From Candidatus Portiera aleyrodidarum (GTDB lineage: Bacteria > Pseudomonadota > Gammaproteobacteria > Johnevansiales > Johnevansiaceae): DNA of 32,000 bases. Made by a program: the position numbers and the translations under genes. The notes under the pieces are model-generated. The model was not told the origin of the DNA. It did no database searches and saw only the letters and a program-made list of their open reading frames with translations. Below, one piece after another: positions 1 to 11,089 of this stretch; positions within the stretch are counted from its first letter, which is position 1, and each line of letters starts with the position of its first letter. The DNA lies in NCBI RefSeq assembly GCF_000953395.1, contig NZ_LN649236.1, forward strand, positions 248,823-280,822, given 5' to 3'.

Positions 1-1122
<1,122 letters not shown>

Positions 1123-1196
1123 AGGCCTATAGCTCAATAGGTTAGAGCAAAGGACTCATAATCCTTTGGTTGTAGGTTCAAGTCCTACTAGGCCTA
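1123..1196 (+). tRNA. tRNA with a CAU anticodon. Probably tRNA-Ile2 (lysidine-modified) rather than elongator or initiator Met.
   Basis: The cloverleaf folds by hand: acceptor AGGCCTA/TAGGCCT, D stem GCTC/GAGC, anticodon stem AAGGA/TCCTT with loop CTCATAA, T arm GTAGG-TTCAAGT-CCTAC. C4:G69 and C5:G68, and the TTGGT..GGTTCAAGTCC segment, resemble E. coli ileX. The anticodon stem lacks the three G:C pairs of an initiator. No CCA is encoded. Confidence 0.88.
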
Positions 1197-3114
1197 TAAA
1201 ATCAGCTAAATGTATAAAAATATTATGTATATATAATAATATTAAAACATTATTTTTAGATACATTTATATTTGTTTTAAAAATTTGTATATTAGTTATA
1301 TAAATGTTTATTTTATTATATAAAGTATAAATTATATAATAAATCTCTTTATAATTACAATTACCTTTTTCTATTACTTTAGTATAATTATGTATAAAAA
1401 AAACTATTGAATTAAATACATTATATTCTATACTTTGTTTGAAAAATCTAATATTAAATTTATTTATTATAACTAAATTATTGTTATATAATTTTTTATA
1501 TTTTTTTATAAAATTAATTATTCTTTTATTTATTTCTATTATTTTATATATCAATATATTTTTATTTAATAAATAATTCATTATATAAATACGTCTAAAT
1601 AAATCATACGGACAAAAACTTGTATTTTGTATAGAACAATATATATTTTTCTTTATATTTAATTTATTTATTAAAATTAATAGTTTGTCTAATATAAATA
1701 ATAATATGTCCTTTATAAATTTATTGTTTTTTAAAATATTTTTATACTGATCAATAGAATAATTTATTAATAATAATAAATCTACATTAGATTCATTAAA
1801 AATAATAATTTTTAATATTATATAAGCTAATCTTCTTGTAAAAAACATATCCTTACTATGAATGGGTTTATACCCTATATAAAAAAAACCTATTAAATCA
1901 TCTAGTTTATTTGATAACGATAATGCTATTCCTTCTTTTGTATAAGGTAAAATCGTATTATATTTATTTGGCAAATATTGTTGATAGATTGTTTTATATA
2001 TTTCTTTTTTTTCTTTATTTAGAAAAGAATAATATGATCCAATAAATCCTTTAAATAAATTAAATTCTTTAACAAAATAGGTAATAAAATCACATTTTGA
2101 TAGATATCCAGCCCTTATAGCAATTTGGATATTTCCACCTATATAGATAATGTATTTTTTTATATTGTTTATAATTCTACGAGTTTTATCAGCTAAAGTA
2201 CCTAATTTATATTGAAATATTACTAATTCTAATGCTTTAAAACGCTCATATAATTTTTTATTTAAATCATATAATAAAAAAAATAAAATATCATTAAAAA
2301 CATTATTTATATTCCTTTCATTTAATAATATTAATTTTTGTTTATTTAAAGTATTTAAATTAACAATCATAATATATTTATTTGTTATAATATTGTTTTT
2401 ATTAAATAAATTAAAACTTGTTTGTTTATATTTAATAATAAATATTAATATTTCTTTAGGTATTTTATTAAATATTTTATTAAAATTTATAACAATGGCT
2501 ATTGGCCATTCTACTAAATTAGTAATATTTATTAATATATTTTCATCTATATTTACTAAACAATTTGTTTTATTAGCAATATATACAATCATATTACGAA
2601 TAATTTCCCTTCTATTATTAAAATTAACAAGTACATATCCAGGAAATTTTAATTTAAATAAATATTCATTAGAATTCTTTAATGGTATATAGTTATTATA
2701 ATGTAGGATATGACCATAAGATTTTCGATTGGACAATAAATTAAATAATTTTATTTTGATTATTTTATTATTAAATAATACTATAAACCAATTTATAGGA
2801 CGTATAAATTTATAATTATTTTTTCCCCATCTCATTTGTTTAAATCCTGAAATATTGGTTAACAATAGTTTAATAGCAATTTTAATTAGATTTTGTATAT
2901 ACTTTTTTTTATATTTTTGATTAAAAAAGTTATTATTTATATTGTTTATTTGTATAGCTATACGTCTAGCTGTTGTAAAAATCTTAATTGTTTTAAAATA
3001 CAACTTTTCTTTATTAAACAATATTTTTAAAAATTTTATAAAATTCTTTATAATAATTTCATTAGATTTTATAGGTAAATTTTCAAAACCAATTTCAATA
3101 AATAATTTATTCAT
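1156..3114 (-). CDS. glyS: Glycine--tRNA ligase beta subunit
   Basis: The N-terminus MNKLFIEIGFENLP matches the E. coli TEELP start. FTTARRIA and QMRWGKNNYKFIRPINW match PRRLA and MRWG..F.RP. An uninterrupted ~1.96 kb ORF is very unlikely by chance at this AT content. The start is placed at the ATG at 3114, which forms an ATGA overlap with the glyQ stop, not at the upstream Met at 3147. Confidence 0.85.
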   Translation of the reverse strand: MNKLFIEIGFENLPIKSNEIIIKNFIKFLKILFNKEKLYFKTIKIFTTARRIAIQINNINNNFFNQKYKKKYIQNLIKIAIKLLLTNISGFKQMRWGKNNYKFIRPINWFIVLFNNKIIKIKLFNLLSNRKSYGHILHYNNYIPLKNSNEYLFKLKFPGYVLVNFNNRREIIRNMIVYIANKTNCLVNIDENILINITNLVEWPIAIVINFNKIFNKIPKEILIFIIKYKQTSFNLFNKNNIITNKYIMIVNLNTLNKQKLILLNERNINNVFNDILFFLLYDLNKKLYERFKALELVIFQYKLGTLADKTRRIINNIKKYIIYIGGNIQIAIRAGYLSKCDFITYFVKEFNLFKGFIGSYYSFLNKEKKEIYKTIYQQYLPNKYNTILPYTKEGIALSLSNKLDDLIGFFYIGYKPIHSKDMFFTRRLAYIILKIIIFNESNVDLLLLINYSIDQYKNILKNNKFIKDILLFILDKLLILINKLNIKKNIYCSIQNTSFCPYDLFRRIYIMNYLLNKNILIYKIIEINKRIINFIKKYKKLYNNNLVIINKFNIRFFKQSIEYNVFNSIVFFIHNYTKVIEKGNCNYKEIYYIIYTLYNKINIYITNIQIFKTNINVSKNNVLILLYIHNIFIHLADFIGLVGLEPTTKGL

Positions 3115-3971
3115 AATTGTTTGATATATTTGTTTGCAATTGCACAAGCCATCGATCTTACACGATATATATATATTTTTTTTTCTAAAAAATCTATAAA
3201 TTTACACGAATCTAATAAATTTAAAATATGTGATGATTTTAATAATTTCTCATAAGCAGGTATTATTAAATTATGTTGTAATAATTTAAAACAAGATTTT
3301 TCATATGTTAAAAAAATTTTTAATAAAAAATTTTTATCTAAATAATTAAAATTATAATGTGATTGTTCTTTTTCATTATGTAAAAAAATATCACCATAAG
3401 TAATATCGTTATTCCATTTAATATCATATATATTATCAATATTTTGTAAATGCATAGCTATTCTTTCAATTCCATAAGTAATTTCTCCTGTTACAGGAGA
3501 ACAATCTATACCTCCTATTTGTTGAAAATAAGTAATCTGTGTAATTTCTATATTATTTAACCATACCTCCCAACCTAAACCCCAAGCACCTAAACTCGGG
3601 GATTCCCAATTATCTTCGATAAATTTAATATCATTTATTTGAAAATTTATACCTAAAGATTTTAATGACTTTAAATAAATTTGTTGAAAATGTTTTGGTG
3701 AAGGTTTAAAAATTACTTGAAACTGATAATAATGTTGTAATCTATTGGTTTTATTTCCATATCTACCATCTTTAGGCCTTCGGCAAGATTGTATATAACA
3801 TGTTTGAAATTTTTCGGTTTTTGGATTTATAGAATTAAAAAAAGTAAACGGATGAAAGGTAGCCGCACCTATTTCTATATCTAAAGGTTGTATAATTATA
3901 CAACCCATTTTTGACCAAAAGTTTTTTAAACTTACTATTAAGTTTTCAATAGTATTAATATTTGTTTTCAT
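3111..3971 (-). CDS. glyQ: Glycine--tRNA ligase alpha subunit
   Basis: The ORF is 286 aa and strongly conserved: FWSKMGCIIIQPLDIEIGAATFHP, RRPKDGRYG, LQHYYQFQVIFKP, WESPSLGAWGLGWEVW, ITYFQQIGG. Confidence 0.95.
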   Translation of the reverse strand: MKTNINTIENLIVSLKNFWSKMGCIIIQPLDIEIGAATFHPFTFFNSINPKTEKFQTCYIQSCRRPKDGRYGNKTNRLQHYYQFQVIFKPSPKHFQQIYLKSLKSLGINFQINDIKFIEDNWESPSLGAWGLGWEVWLNNIEITQITYFQQIGGIDCSPVTGEITYGIERIAMHLQNIDNIYDIKWNNDITYGDIFLHNEKEQSHYNFNYLDKNFLLKIFLTYEKSCFKLLQHNLIIPAYEKLLKSSHILNLLDSCKFIDFLEKKIYIYRVRSMACAIANKYIKQL

Positions 3972-4129
3972 TATAAGTTAACATGATAATCAATTATAAA
4001 CTTTTCTCTATTATTTTTTTATAGTAAATGAAATTTATTTTAATCGGTCAACTATATATAGTAGAAGTTTACCAAATATATTATAATATTAAACGTAAAT
4101 AATATAGTTGTAAATCTTTAAAATATAAT

Positions 4130-5686
4130 ATGAAAAACATAAATAGTAATTCTATATTAGAAACTTATGTAAAAAAAATACTTAAATCAAAAGTATATGA
4201 AATTGCTAAAGTAACACCTTTATCATTTACACCTTTACTTTCTAAAATTTTTAAAAATAATATTTTGATAAAACGTGAAGATTTACAACAAATATTTTCT
4301 TTTAAAATTAGAGGTGCATATAATTGCATGATAAAGTTATCAAAAAACAAAAAAAGTCAAGGTGTAATTACAGCTTCAGCTGGTAACCACGCACAAGGCG
4401 TGGCTTTATCTGCTAAAAAATTAGGTATAAAATCACTTATTATTATGCCTAAAATTACACCTGAAATTAAAGTTTTATCTGTACAATCTATAGGTTCTGA
4501 AGTGTTAATCAAAGGTGAGAATTTTAATTCATCTTTAAAACATGCATTAAAATTAGTTAAGAATTATGGTTATACTTATATACCTCCTTTTGATGATTCA
4601 GAAGTAATTGCAGGTCAAGGGACTTTAGCTATGGAAATGGTAAAACAATATACAAATAAAATATATGCAATATTTATTCCTGTAGGAGGTGGAGGTTTAA
4701 TTGCAGGTATTACAGCATATATTAAATATTTACGTCCTAAAATAAAAATAATCGGTGTAGAACCAGAAGATTCTGCTTGTTTAAAAGAAGCAATAAAATA
4801 TGGTTATCCAATTACATTAAATACTATAGATATGTTTGCTGAAGGAGTAGCAGTATCACGTATTGGAAACCAACCTTTTAAATTAATAAAAAATAGTATA
4901 GATGATATTATAACTGTTAATATAGATGAAATGTGTTGTGCTATAAAAGATATATTTGAAAATACAAGAGCTTTAGCAGAAGTATCAGGAGCTTTATCTT
5001 TAGCTGGTTTAAAAAAATATATAATAAAACAAAAAATTACAAATAAAAATTTAATTTGTATAAATACTGGAGCTAATATTAATTTTGACAAATTACAATA
5101 TATAGCACATAGAACAGCTTTAGGAGAAAACAAAGAATTAATATTAGCTATTAAAATACCAGAATCAATAGGAAGTTTAAAAGTTTTATGTAATATAATT
5201 GGAAAACATAAAATGTTTACTGAATTAAATTATCGTTATTTTAATAAAAAAAAAGCAAATATATTAATAGGTTTAAAAATAATTCCAGGAAAAGAAGATA
5301 AAAAAAATGTAATTAATAATATACGTAAAGCTAAGTTTTTAGTTAAAGATATGAGTTATAATGAATTAATAAAATTACATATTCGTCATTTAATTGGAGG
5401 CAAAGGTAATAAGTTTACAAATAAAAATAATTATAAAGAAGAATTATTTGGTTTTGAATTTCCAGAAAAACCAGGAGCCTTAATCAAATTTTTAAATAGT
5501 TTACCTGAAATTTTTAATATTTCTTTATTTCATTATAGAAATTATGGTTATGCATATGGTCGTGTATTAATAGCAATACAATTATATAAAAATAACATCC
5601 AAAATTTAGAAAATAATTTAGATAAAATAGGTTATAGATATTGGAAAGAAAGTAAGAATAGTGCTTATAAACTTTTTTTAAAATAA
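4130..5686 (+). CDS. ilvA: Biosynthetic threonine dehydratase (threonine ammonia-lyase). Both C-terminal regulatory repeats appear to be present.
   Basis: The ORF is 518 aa, against ~514 aa in E. coli IlvA. Motifs: PLP-lysine SFKIRGAYN, SAGNHAQGVA, glycine loop PVGGGGLIAG, and a C-terminal ~180 aa with FEFPEKPGAL. Confidence 0.93.
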   Translation: MKNINSNSILETYVKKILKSKVYEIAKVTPLSFTPLLSKIFKNNILIKREDLQQIFSFKIRGAYNCMIKLSKNKKSQGVITASAGNHAQGVALSAKKLGIKSLIIMPKITPEIKVLSVQSIGSEVLIKGENFNSSLKHALKLVKNYGYTYIPPFDDSEVIAGQGTLAMEMVKQYTNKIYAIFIPVGGGGLIAGITAYIKYLRPKIKIIGVEPEDSACLKEAIKYGYPITLNTIDMFAEGVAVSRIGNQPFKLIKNSIDDIITVNIDEMCCAIKDIFENTRALAEVSGALSLAGLKKYIIKQKITNKNLICINTGANINFDKLQYIAHRTALGENKELILAIKIPESIGSLKVLCNIIGKHKMFTELNYRYFNKKKANILIGLKIIPGKEDKKNVINNIRKAKFLVKDMSYNELIKLHIRHLIGGKGNKFTNKNNYKEELFGFEFPEKPGALIKFLNSLPEIFNISLFHYRNYGYAYGRVLIAIQLYKNNIQNLENNLDKIGYRYWKESKNSAYKLFLK

Positions 5687-5726
5687 ATATTAAACGTAGA
5701 AAAACAAGAGCTGCTAGGGATAAATA

Positions 5727-6530
5727 TTGAAAACTTTTTGTATTGAAAAAATTTTAAAGGTTGTTCATTGGAATAATAAATTATTTAGTTTTTATACAAC
5801 AAAAAATAAAAACTTACGGTTTAATAATGGTCAATTTTTACTTATTGGTTTAAATATTAATAAATACTATTATTTAATAATAAGAGCTTATTCAATAGTA
5901 AATCCTACTTATTCAAAGTTTTTTGAATTTTTTTCCATAACAATAGAAAAAGGAACATTTACATCACTATTAAAAAAGATACAAAGTGGGGATTATATAT
6001 TAATAAGTAAAAAATCTAATGGAACATTAATACTTGATAATATTCAAAATGGTAAGTTTTTATATTTTATAGCTACAGGAACAGGTTTAGCACCATTTAT
6101 AAGTTTAATACAAGATCCAAGTTTATATAAACGTTTTAACAAAATTATTTTAATACATGGAGTAAGTTATATAAATGAATTATCATATAAACATTTTATT
6201 AATAAAAAAAATATTTATAATGAATATATTAATAATAAAATAAAAAAACATTTAATTTATTATCCAACAATTACTCGTGAAAATTATATAAATAAAGGTA
6301 GAATAACTGAACTTATTATTCAAGGAAAATTATTTAAAGATTTAAATTTACCTTATATTAATTTTCATTATGATAAGTTAATGTTATGCGGTAATAAAAA
6401 TATGTTAAAAGAAATATCAGAATATTTAAAAAAATTAGGATTTAAAAATTCAATCATTAATAATCCAAAGGATTTTGTTATGGAATATTCTTTTATAATA
6501 CAACAAAATTTGAAATATAAAAATGAATAA
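5727..6530 (+). CDS. fpr: Ferredoxin/flavodoxin--NADP+ reductase
   Basis: The start is TTG at 5727, with AGGGA 6 nt upstream. The N-terminus aligns residue for residue with E. coli Fpr (KILKVVHW vs KVTKVQNW). Motifs: RAYSIV (FAD), ATGTGLAPFISL (NADP), MLCGNKNM, and a C-terminal aromatic MEYSF followed by an 11-aa tail. Confidence 0.85.
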   Translation: MKTFCIEKILKVVHWNNKLFSFYTTKNKNLRFNNGQFLLIGLNINKYYYLIIRAYSIVNPTYSKFFEFFSITIEKGTFTSLLKKIQSGDYILISKKSNGTLILDNIQNGKFLYFIATGTGLAPFISLIQDPSLYKRFNKIILIHGVSYINELSYKHFINKKNIYNEYINNKIKKHLIYYPTITRENYINKGRITELIIQGKLFKDLNLPYINFHYDKLMLCGNKNMLKEISEYLKKLGFKNSIINNPKDFVMEYSFIIQQNLKYKNE

Positions 6531-6864
6531 GTTATTTCTTTTTATTATAATTACAATAATCTTTATATTAATAATAAGTATTATATCATATTTAGTAGGT
6601 GGTTATAGTTGGTCACCAAATAAAGAAATTCCGTTTGAATCAGGAATCATTTCTATTGATTCAATCAAAAAAATTAATTATTTTGCAAAATTTTATATTT
6701 TAGCAATCTTATTTGTAATTTTTGATTTAGAAGCTATTTATTTATTTAGTTGGGCAATTGCAATTAGAGAAATAGGATGGACAGGGTTCATAGGAATAGT
6801 AATATTTATATTTATATTATTAATAGGATTAATATATGATATATGTAATGATTTATTTGATTAA
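6523..6864 (+). CDS. nuoA: NADH-quinone oxidoreductase subunit A
   Basis: A 113-aa three-helix membrane protein in the first position of the nuo operon. Motifs: PFESGI and [12 protein letters not shown]. Confidence 0.85.
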   Translation: MNKLFLFIIITIIFILIISIISYLVGGYSWSPNKEIPFESGIISIDSIKKINYFAKFYILAILFVIFDLEAIYLFSWAIAIREIGWTGFIGIVIFIFILLIGLIYDICNDLFD

Positions 6865-6866
6865 AA

Positions 6867-7520
6867 ATGGTGAACAATATGAAATACATATTAAATAAAT
6901 TATATTTGAAAAAACAAAATAAAGACAACGTTGGTGAACAAATACGAAATAATATTTTTTTATGTAAAATAAAAAAGATTTCTCAGTTATTAATTAATTG
7001 GGGACGTAAAAATTCTATATGGCCTTATAATTTTGGATTATCATGTTGTTATGTAGAAATGACCACTTCTTTTACATCACCTCATGATATATCTAGATTT
7101 GGATCAGAAGTTATTAGGTCGTCACCTAGACAATCGGATTTAATGGTAATTGCTGGTACTTGTTTTATCAAAATGGTACCAGTTATACAACATTTATATG
7201 ATCAAATGTTAGATCCAAAATGGGTTATATCAATGGGATCTTGTGCCAATTCAGGTGGAATGTATGATAGTTATTCAGTTGTACAAGGAGTTGATAAATT
7301 TTTACCTGTTGATGTTTATATACCAGGATGTCCACCTAGACCTGAAGCTTTTTTACAAGGATTACAATTATTACAAGAGTCATTGCATAAAGAAAGACGT
7401 CCTTTATCTTGGATAATAGGTGATCAAAAGATTTATCGTTATGATATGCCTAATCAAAAACAAAAAAAATATATTAATCGTATTAAAATAAAAAAATTAC
7501 GTAAACAAAATAATGTTTAA
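6867..7520 (+). CDS. nuoB: NADH-quinone oxidoreductase subunit B
   Basis: Motifs: [53 protein letters not shown]. The N2 cluster cysteines are present. The Met at 6879 is an alternative start. Confidence 0.95.
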   Translation: MVNNMKYILNKLYLKKQNKDNVGEQIRNNIFLCKIKKISQLLINWGRKNSIWPYNFGLSCCYVEMTTSFTSPHDISRFGSEVIRSSPRQSDLMVIAGTCFIKMVPVIQHLYDQMLDPKWVISMGSCANSGGMYDSYSVVQGVDKFLPVDVYIPGCPPRPEAFLQGLQLLQESLHKERRPLSWIIGDQKIYRYDMPNQKQKKYINRIKIKKLRKQNNV

Positions 7521-9276
7521 AAAAAAATTAAAAAAACAAGAACAAGTTCTTTTAAAATTATTATATAAAAACTTTGGTAAAAAAAATATTTTATATTCAC
7601 AAAAGACTTTGATGGGTATGCCTGTAATATGGGTAAATCATTATCAATTATTTGATATAATAAAAATGTTTCGTTATGGAAATACAGAATTTATATTTGA
7701 TATGTTATACGATTTAAATTGCATAGATGAACGATTAAGAAATAACAGAAACAAGTTACCCAATTCAGATTTTACAGTATTTTACCATTTATTATCATTG
7801 AAAAATAATTATGATTTAATAATAAAAGTAGCTTTAATAGAACCAAATTTATTATTACCATCAATTGTTAATATTTGGCCAAATGCTAATTGGTATGAAC
7901 GTGAAGTATATGATATGTTTGGAATAAAATTTTATGGACATCCTAATTTAAGAAGAATATTAATGCCTTTAAATTGGAAAGGATATCCATTACGTAAAGA
8001 TTATCCATCACGTGCTACTGAATTTCAATTTTTTAATATTGATAGATATAATCAATATAAAGAACAATATTCATTATGTTTTATTCCTGAAGAATGGGGT
8101 ATTTCAAATCATAAAAATAATATGTTTTTAAATTTTGGTCCTAATCATCCTTCTGCACACGGTGCTTTTAGAATAATATTACAAATGTATGGAGAAAAAA
8201 TATTAAAATGTATACCTGATATTGGTTATCATCATCGTGGGGCAGAAAAAATTGGAGAAAGACAATCATGGCATAGTTATATACCTTATACTGATCGTAT
8301 TGATTATACTGGGGGTGTAATAAATAATCTCCCATATATATTAGCAATTGAAAAAATCGCAAAAATAAAAGTTACTGACAGAACCCAAATCATACGTATT
8401 ATGATGATGGAAATTTTTAGAATAAATTCACATATGTTATTTTTAGGTACTTTTTTACAAGATTTAGGTGCTATGAGTACAGTTTTTTTTACTTTTACAG
8501 ATAGGCAAAAATGTTATGAAATAATAGAAGAAATTACAGGTTTTCGTATGCATCCTGCTTGGTTTCGTATAGGAGGTTTAGCTCATGATTTACCAAAAGG
8601 ATGGTATAAACTAATAAAGAATTTTATTACATGGATAAATAAAAGGCTTAAAGAATATAATAAAGCAATGATGAAGAATTACATATTACGAAAACGTACT
8701 AAATTTATTGCTTCTTATAATACTAAAGAAGCATTGGAATGGGGTATTACTGGACCAAATTTAAGAGCTACTGGTTTTAATTTTGATGTAAGAAAAAATC
8801 GACCTTATTCGGGTTATGAAAATTTAGATTTTGATATACCAATTGGTAATAATGGAGATGTGTTTGATAGAGCAAATATGAGAGTAGAAGAAATGTATCA
8901 AAGTTTACGTATTATAAAACAATGTATAAATAATATCCCAGAAGGTAATATAAAAATTGAACATCATTTAGTTACACCTCCTAATAGAAAAAATATGTTA
9001 AATAATATCGAAACATTAATTACACATTTTTTACAAATTTCTTGGGGACAAATCTTAGAACCCAATGAAACTTTTCAAATGATAGAAGCCACTAAAGGAC
9101 TTAATAGTTATTATTTAATATCTGATGGTAATACAACAAGTTATCGTACTCGTATACGTACTCCTAGTTATCCTAACTTACAACATCTATCTACAATAAT
9201 GCAAGGAGCATATATACCAGATATGATAGCACATATTGCAAGTATTGATTTTGTAATGGCAGATGTTGATCGTTAA
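7513..9276 (+). CDS. nuoC: NADH-quinone oxidoreductase fused subunit C/D
   Basis: A single 587-aa ORF. The NuoC part has [24 protein letters not shown]. The NuoD part has [23 protein letters not shown] and [13 protein letters not shown]. Confidence 0.95.
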   Translation: MFKKKLKKQEQVLLKLLYKNFGKKNILYSQKTLMGMPVIWVNHYQLFDIIKMFRYGNTEFIFDMLYDLNCIDERLRNNRNKLPNSDFTVFYHLLSLKNNYDLIIKVALIEPNLLLPSIVNIWPNANWYEREVYDMFGIKFYGHPNLRRILMPLNWKGYPLRKDYPSRATEFQFFNIDRYNQYKEQYSLCFIPEEWGISNHKNNMFLNFGPNHPSAHGAFRIILQMYGEKILKCIPDIGYHHRGAEKIGERQSWHSYIPYTDRIDYTGGVINNLPYILAIEKIAKIKVTDRTQIIRIMMMEIFRINSHMLFLGTFLQDLGAMSTVFFTFTDRQKCYEIIEEITGFRMHPAWFRIGGLAHDLPKGWYKLIKNFITWINKRLKEYNKAMMKNYILRKRTKFIASYNTKEALEWGITGPNLRATGFNFDVRKNRPYSGYENLDFDIPIGNNGDVFDRANMRVEEMYQSLRIIKQCINNIPEGNIKIEHHLVTPPNRKNMLNNIETLITHFLQISWGQILEPNETFQMIEATKGLNSYYLISDGNTTSYRTRIRTPSYPNLQHLSTIMQGAYIPDMIAHIASIDFVMADVDR

Positions 9277-9293
9277 TATAATGGAATAAAATT

Positions 9294-9788
9294 ATGGAAA
9301 ATTATTTAATAAATAAAATAACATTTTTAACTAAAGAAGAAATTACAGAAATTATTATTGAAAAAAATCATTATGAAAATAGTAAAGCAGCTTCAATTGG
9401 GGCTTTAAAAATCATACAAAAATCTAGAGGATGGGTATCCGATAATATTATTAATGAAATTGCAAAGATAATAGGAATAAATCCAACTGAATTAGATAGC
9501 ATAGCTACATTTTATAATTTAATTTACAGACAACCTGTAGGAAACAATATAATTTTATTATGTGATAGTATTACGTGTTATATAAAGGGTTATGAAATTA
9601 TTTATAATACATTAAAACATGAATTAGGAATAAGTATGGGAGAAACTACTAATGATAAACGTTTTACATTATTACCAGTATGTTGCTTAGGTAATTGTGA
9701 TAAATCACCAAATATGATGATAAATAATGATATTTATTATAATTTAATAAAAACAAATATAAGTAATATATTGGAGCTTTATAAATAA
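9294..9788 (+). CDS. nuoE: NADH-quinone oxidoreductase subunit E
   Basis: The ORF is 164 aa. The 2Fe-2S ligand pattern C..ITC...(35)...CLGNCDKSP is present, and the operon position fits. Confidence 0.9.
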   Translation: MENYLINKITFLTKEEITEIIIEKNHYENSKAASIGALKIIQKSRGWVSDNIINEIAKIIGINPTELDSIATFYNLIYRQPVGNNIILLCDSITCYIKGYEIIYNTLKHELGISMGETTNDKRFTLLPVCCLGNCDKSPNMMINNDIYYNLIKTNISNILELYK

Positions 9789-11089
9789 TGATCAATAAAC
9801 GCATTACTTCTTTTGGTACAGCTAATTTAATAAAAAAATCCAAAGAAACTCATCCATTAACTTGGAGATTAAATAAAGAAGGTAATACAATTGGGTTAAA
9901 TGAATATATACAAAAAGATGGATATATTGCAGTTAAAAATACTTTAAATAAATTAACTCCCGAAGAGGTAATAACAGAAATAACAAAGTCTGGGTTAAAA
10001 GGTCGAGGAGGTGCTGGTTTTCGAACTGGAATAAAATGGAGTTTAACAAATGAAAAAAGTTTTTTAGTATGTAATGCTGATGAAATGGAACCTAATACTT
10101 ATAAAGATAGATTATTATTAGAACAAGAACCTCATTTATTAATAGAAGGTATGATAATTGCAGCTTACGCAAATAATTCTTATAAAGGTTATATTTTTAT
10201 AAGAGGAGAATATATTGATGCAATAAATATTCTTAATATGGCTATAAAAGAAGCTCGTAATAAAAAATTTTTAGGAAAAAATATTTTAAATTATGATTTT
10301 TCTTTTGATATATGTATACATACAGGAGCAGGAAGATATATTTGTGGTGAAGAAACTGCATTAATTAATTCATTAGAAGGATATAGAGCAAATCCTAGAA
10401 TAAAACCACCTTTCCCTGGTCAAATAGGTGCGTGGGGTAAAGCTACAGTAATAAATAATGTTGAAACATTATGTAATATTCCTTCTATTATAAATAATGG
10501 TATGAATTGGTATCATAATTTATGTTTACCTGGATCCGAAGATCATGGTACTAAACTTATGGGTTGTTCAGGTAAAGTAACCAATCCTGGATTGTGGGAA
10601 TTACCAATGGGTATAACGGCTAGGGAAATATTAGAAGATTATGCTGGAGGGATGATTAAGGGTTATAAATTAAAAGCTTGGCAACCTGGTGGTGCTAGTA
10701 CAGGAATTTTATTACCTCAACATTTAAAAGTACAAATGTGTTCAAACGGAATAAGGAAATTAGGTACTAGAATTGGTACTGCGATTTTATTAGCTATTGA
10801 TAATACTGTTAATATAGTATCTTTATTAAAAAATATAGAACTTTTTTTTTATAGAGAATCATGTGGTTGGTGCACTCCGTGCAGAGAAGGATTACCATGG
10901 ATTGTTAAAATCTTAAAAAATTTAGAAAATAATCAATGTTATAAAGATATTGATATATTAATAGATTTAACAAGACAATTAACTAATGGAAAAACTTTTT
11001 GTGCTCATGCACCAGGAGCCATAGAACCTTTAATTAGTGCAATAAAATATTTTCGTAATGATTTTGATAAGTTAATGGTTAAATTATGA
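9788..11089 (+). CDS. nuoF: NADH-quinone oxidoreductase subunit F
   Basis: Motifs: [16 protein letters not shown] (FMN/NADH), [39 protein letters not shown] (N3 cluster). Confidence 0.95.
   Translation: MINKRITSFGTANLIKKSKETHPLTWRLNKEGNTIGLNEYIQKDGYIAVKNTLNKLTPEEVITEITKSGLKGRGGAGFRTGIKWSLTNEKSFLVCNADEMEPNTYKDRLLLEQEPHLLIEGMIIAAYANNSYKGYIFIRGEYIDAINILNMAIKEARNKKFLGKNILNYDFSFDICIHTGAGRYICGEETALINSLEGYRANPRIKPPFPGQIGAWGKATVINNVETLCNIPSIINNGMNWYHNLCLPGSEDHGTKLMGCSGKVTNPGLWELPMGITAREILEDYAGGMIKGYKLKAWQPGGASTGILLPQHLKVQMCSNGIRKLGTRIGTAILLAIDNTVNIVSLLKNIELFFYRESCGWCTPCREGLPWIVKILKNLENNQCYKDIDILIDLTRQLTNGKTFCAHAPGAIEPLISAIKYFRNDFDKLMVKL

Noticed and set aside
2393-2692. ORF-track entries 2393..2692(+) and 2942..3124(+), both antisense to glyS
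   Set aside because: They lie entirely inside the well-supported glyS frame on the opposite strand. Their products are I/L/F/K/N-rich low complexity with no recognisable motif. I treat them as shadow ORFs.
3115-3147. An upstream Met (MCNCKQIYQTI...) extending glyS by 11 codons into glyQ
   Set aside because: Conservation begins at MNKLFIEIGFENLP. That ATG forms the classic ATGA overlap with the glyQ stop, so the extension is not needed.
3983-4102. Two mini-ORFs upstream of ilvA: MIINYKLFSIIFL at 3983..4024 and a 24-aa ORF at 4028..4102. I considered them as an Ile/Leu-rich attenuation leader.
   Set aside because: Ile-rich peptides are expected by chance at this AT content. I could not find alternative terminator and antiterminator hairpins or a U-tract, so there is no support for attenuation.
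4165-5133. ORF-track entries 4165..4350(-) and 4804..5133(-), antisense to ilvA (61 and 109 aa)
   Set aside because: ilvA on the + strand is strongly conserved across both intervals. The antisense products have no motif. A 109-aa antisense ORF is a little long for this composition. It is still best explained by the codon structure of the sense gene.
8168-8362. ORF-track entries 8168..8362(-), 12215..12397(+) and 17940..18128(+), which lie inside nuoCD, nuoG and nuoM
   Set aside because: These are 60 to 64-aa alternative-frame or antisense ORFs inside conserved nuo genes. They show no start context and no motif.
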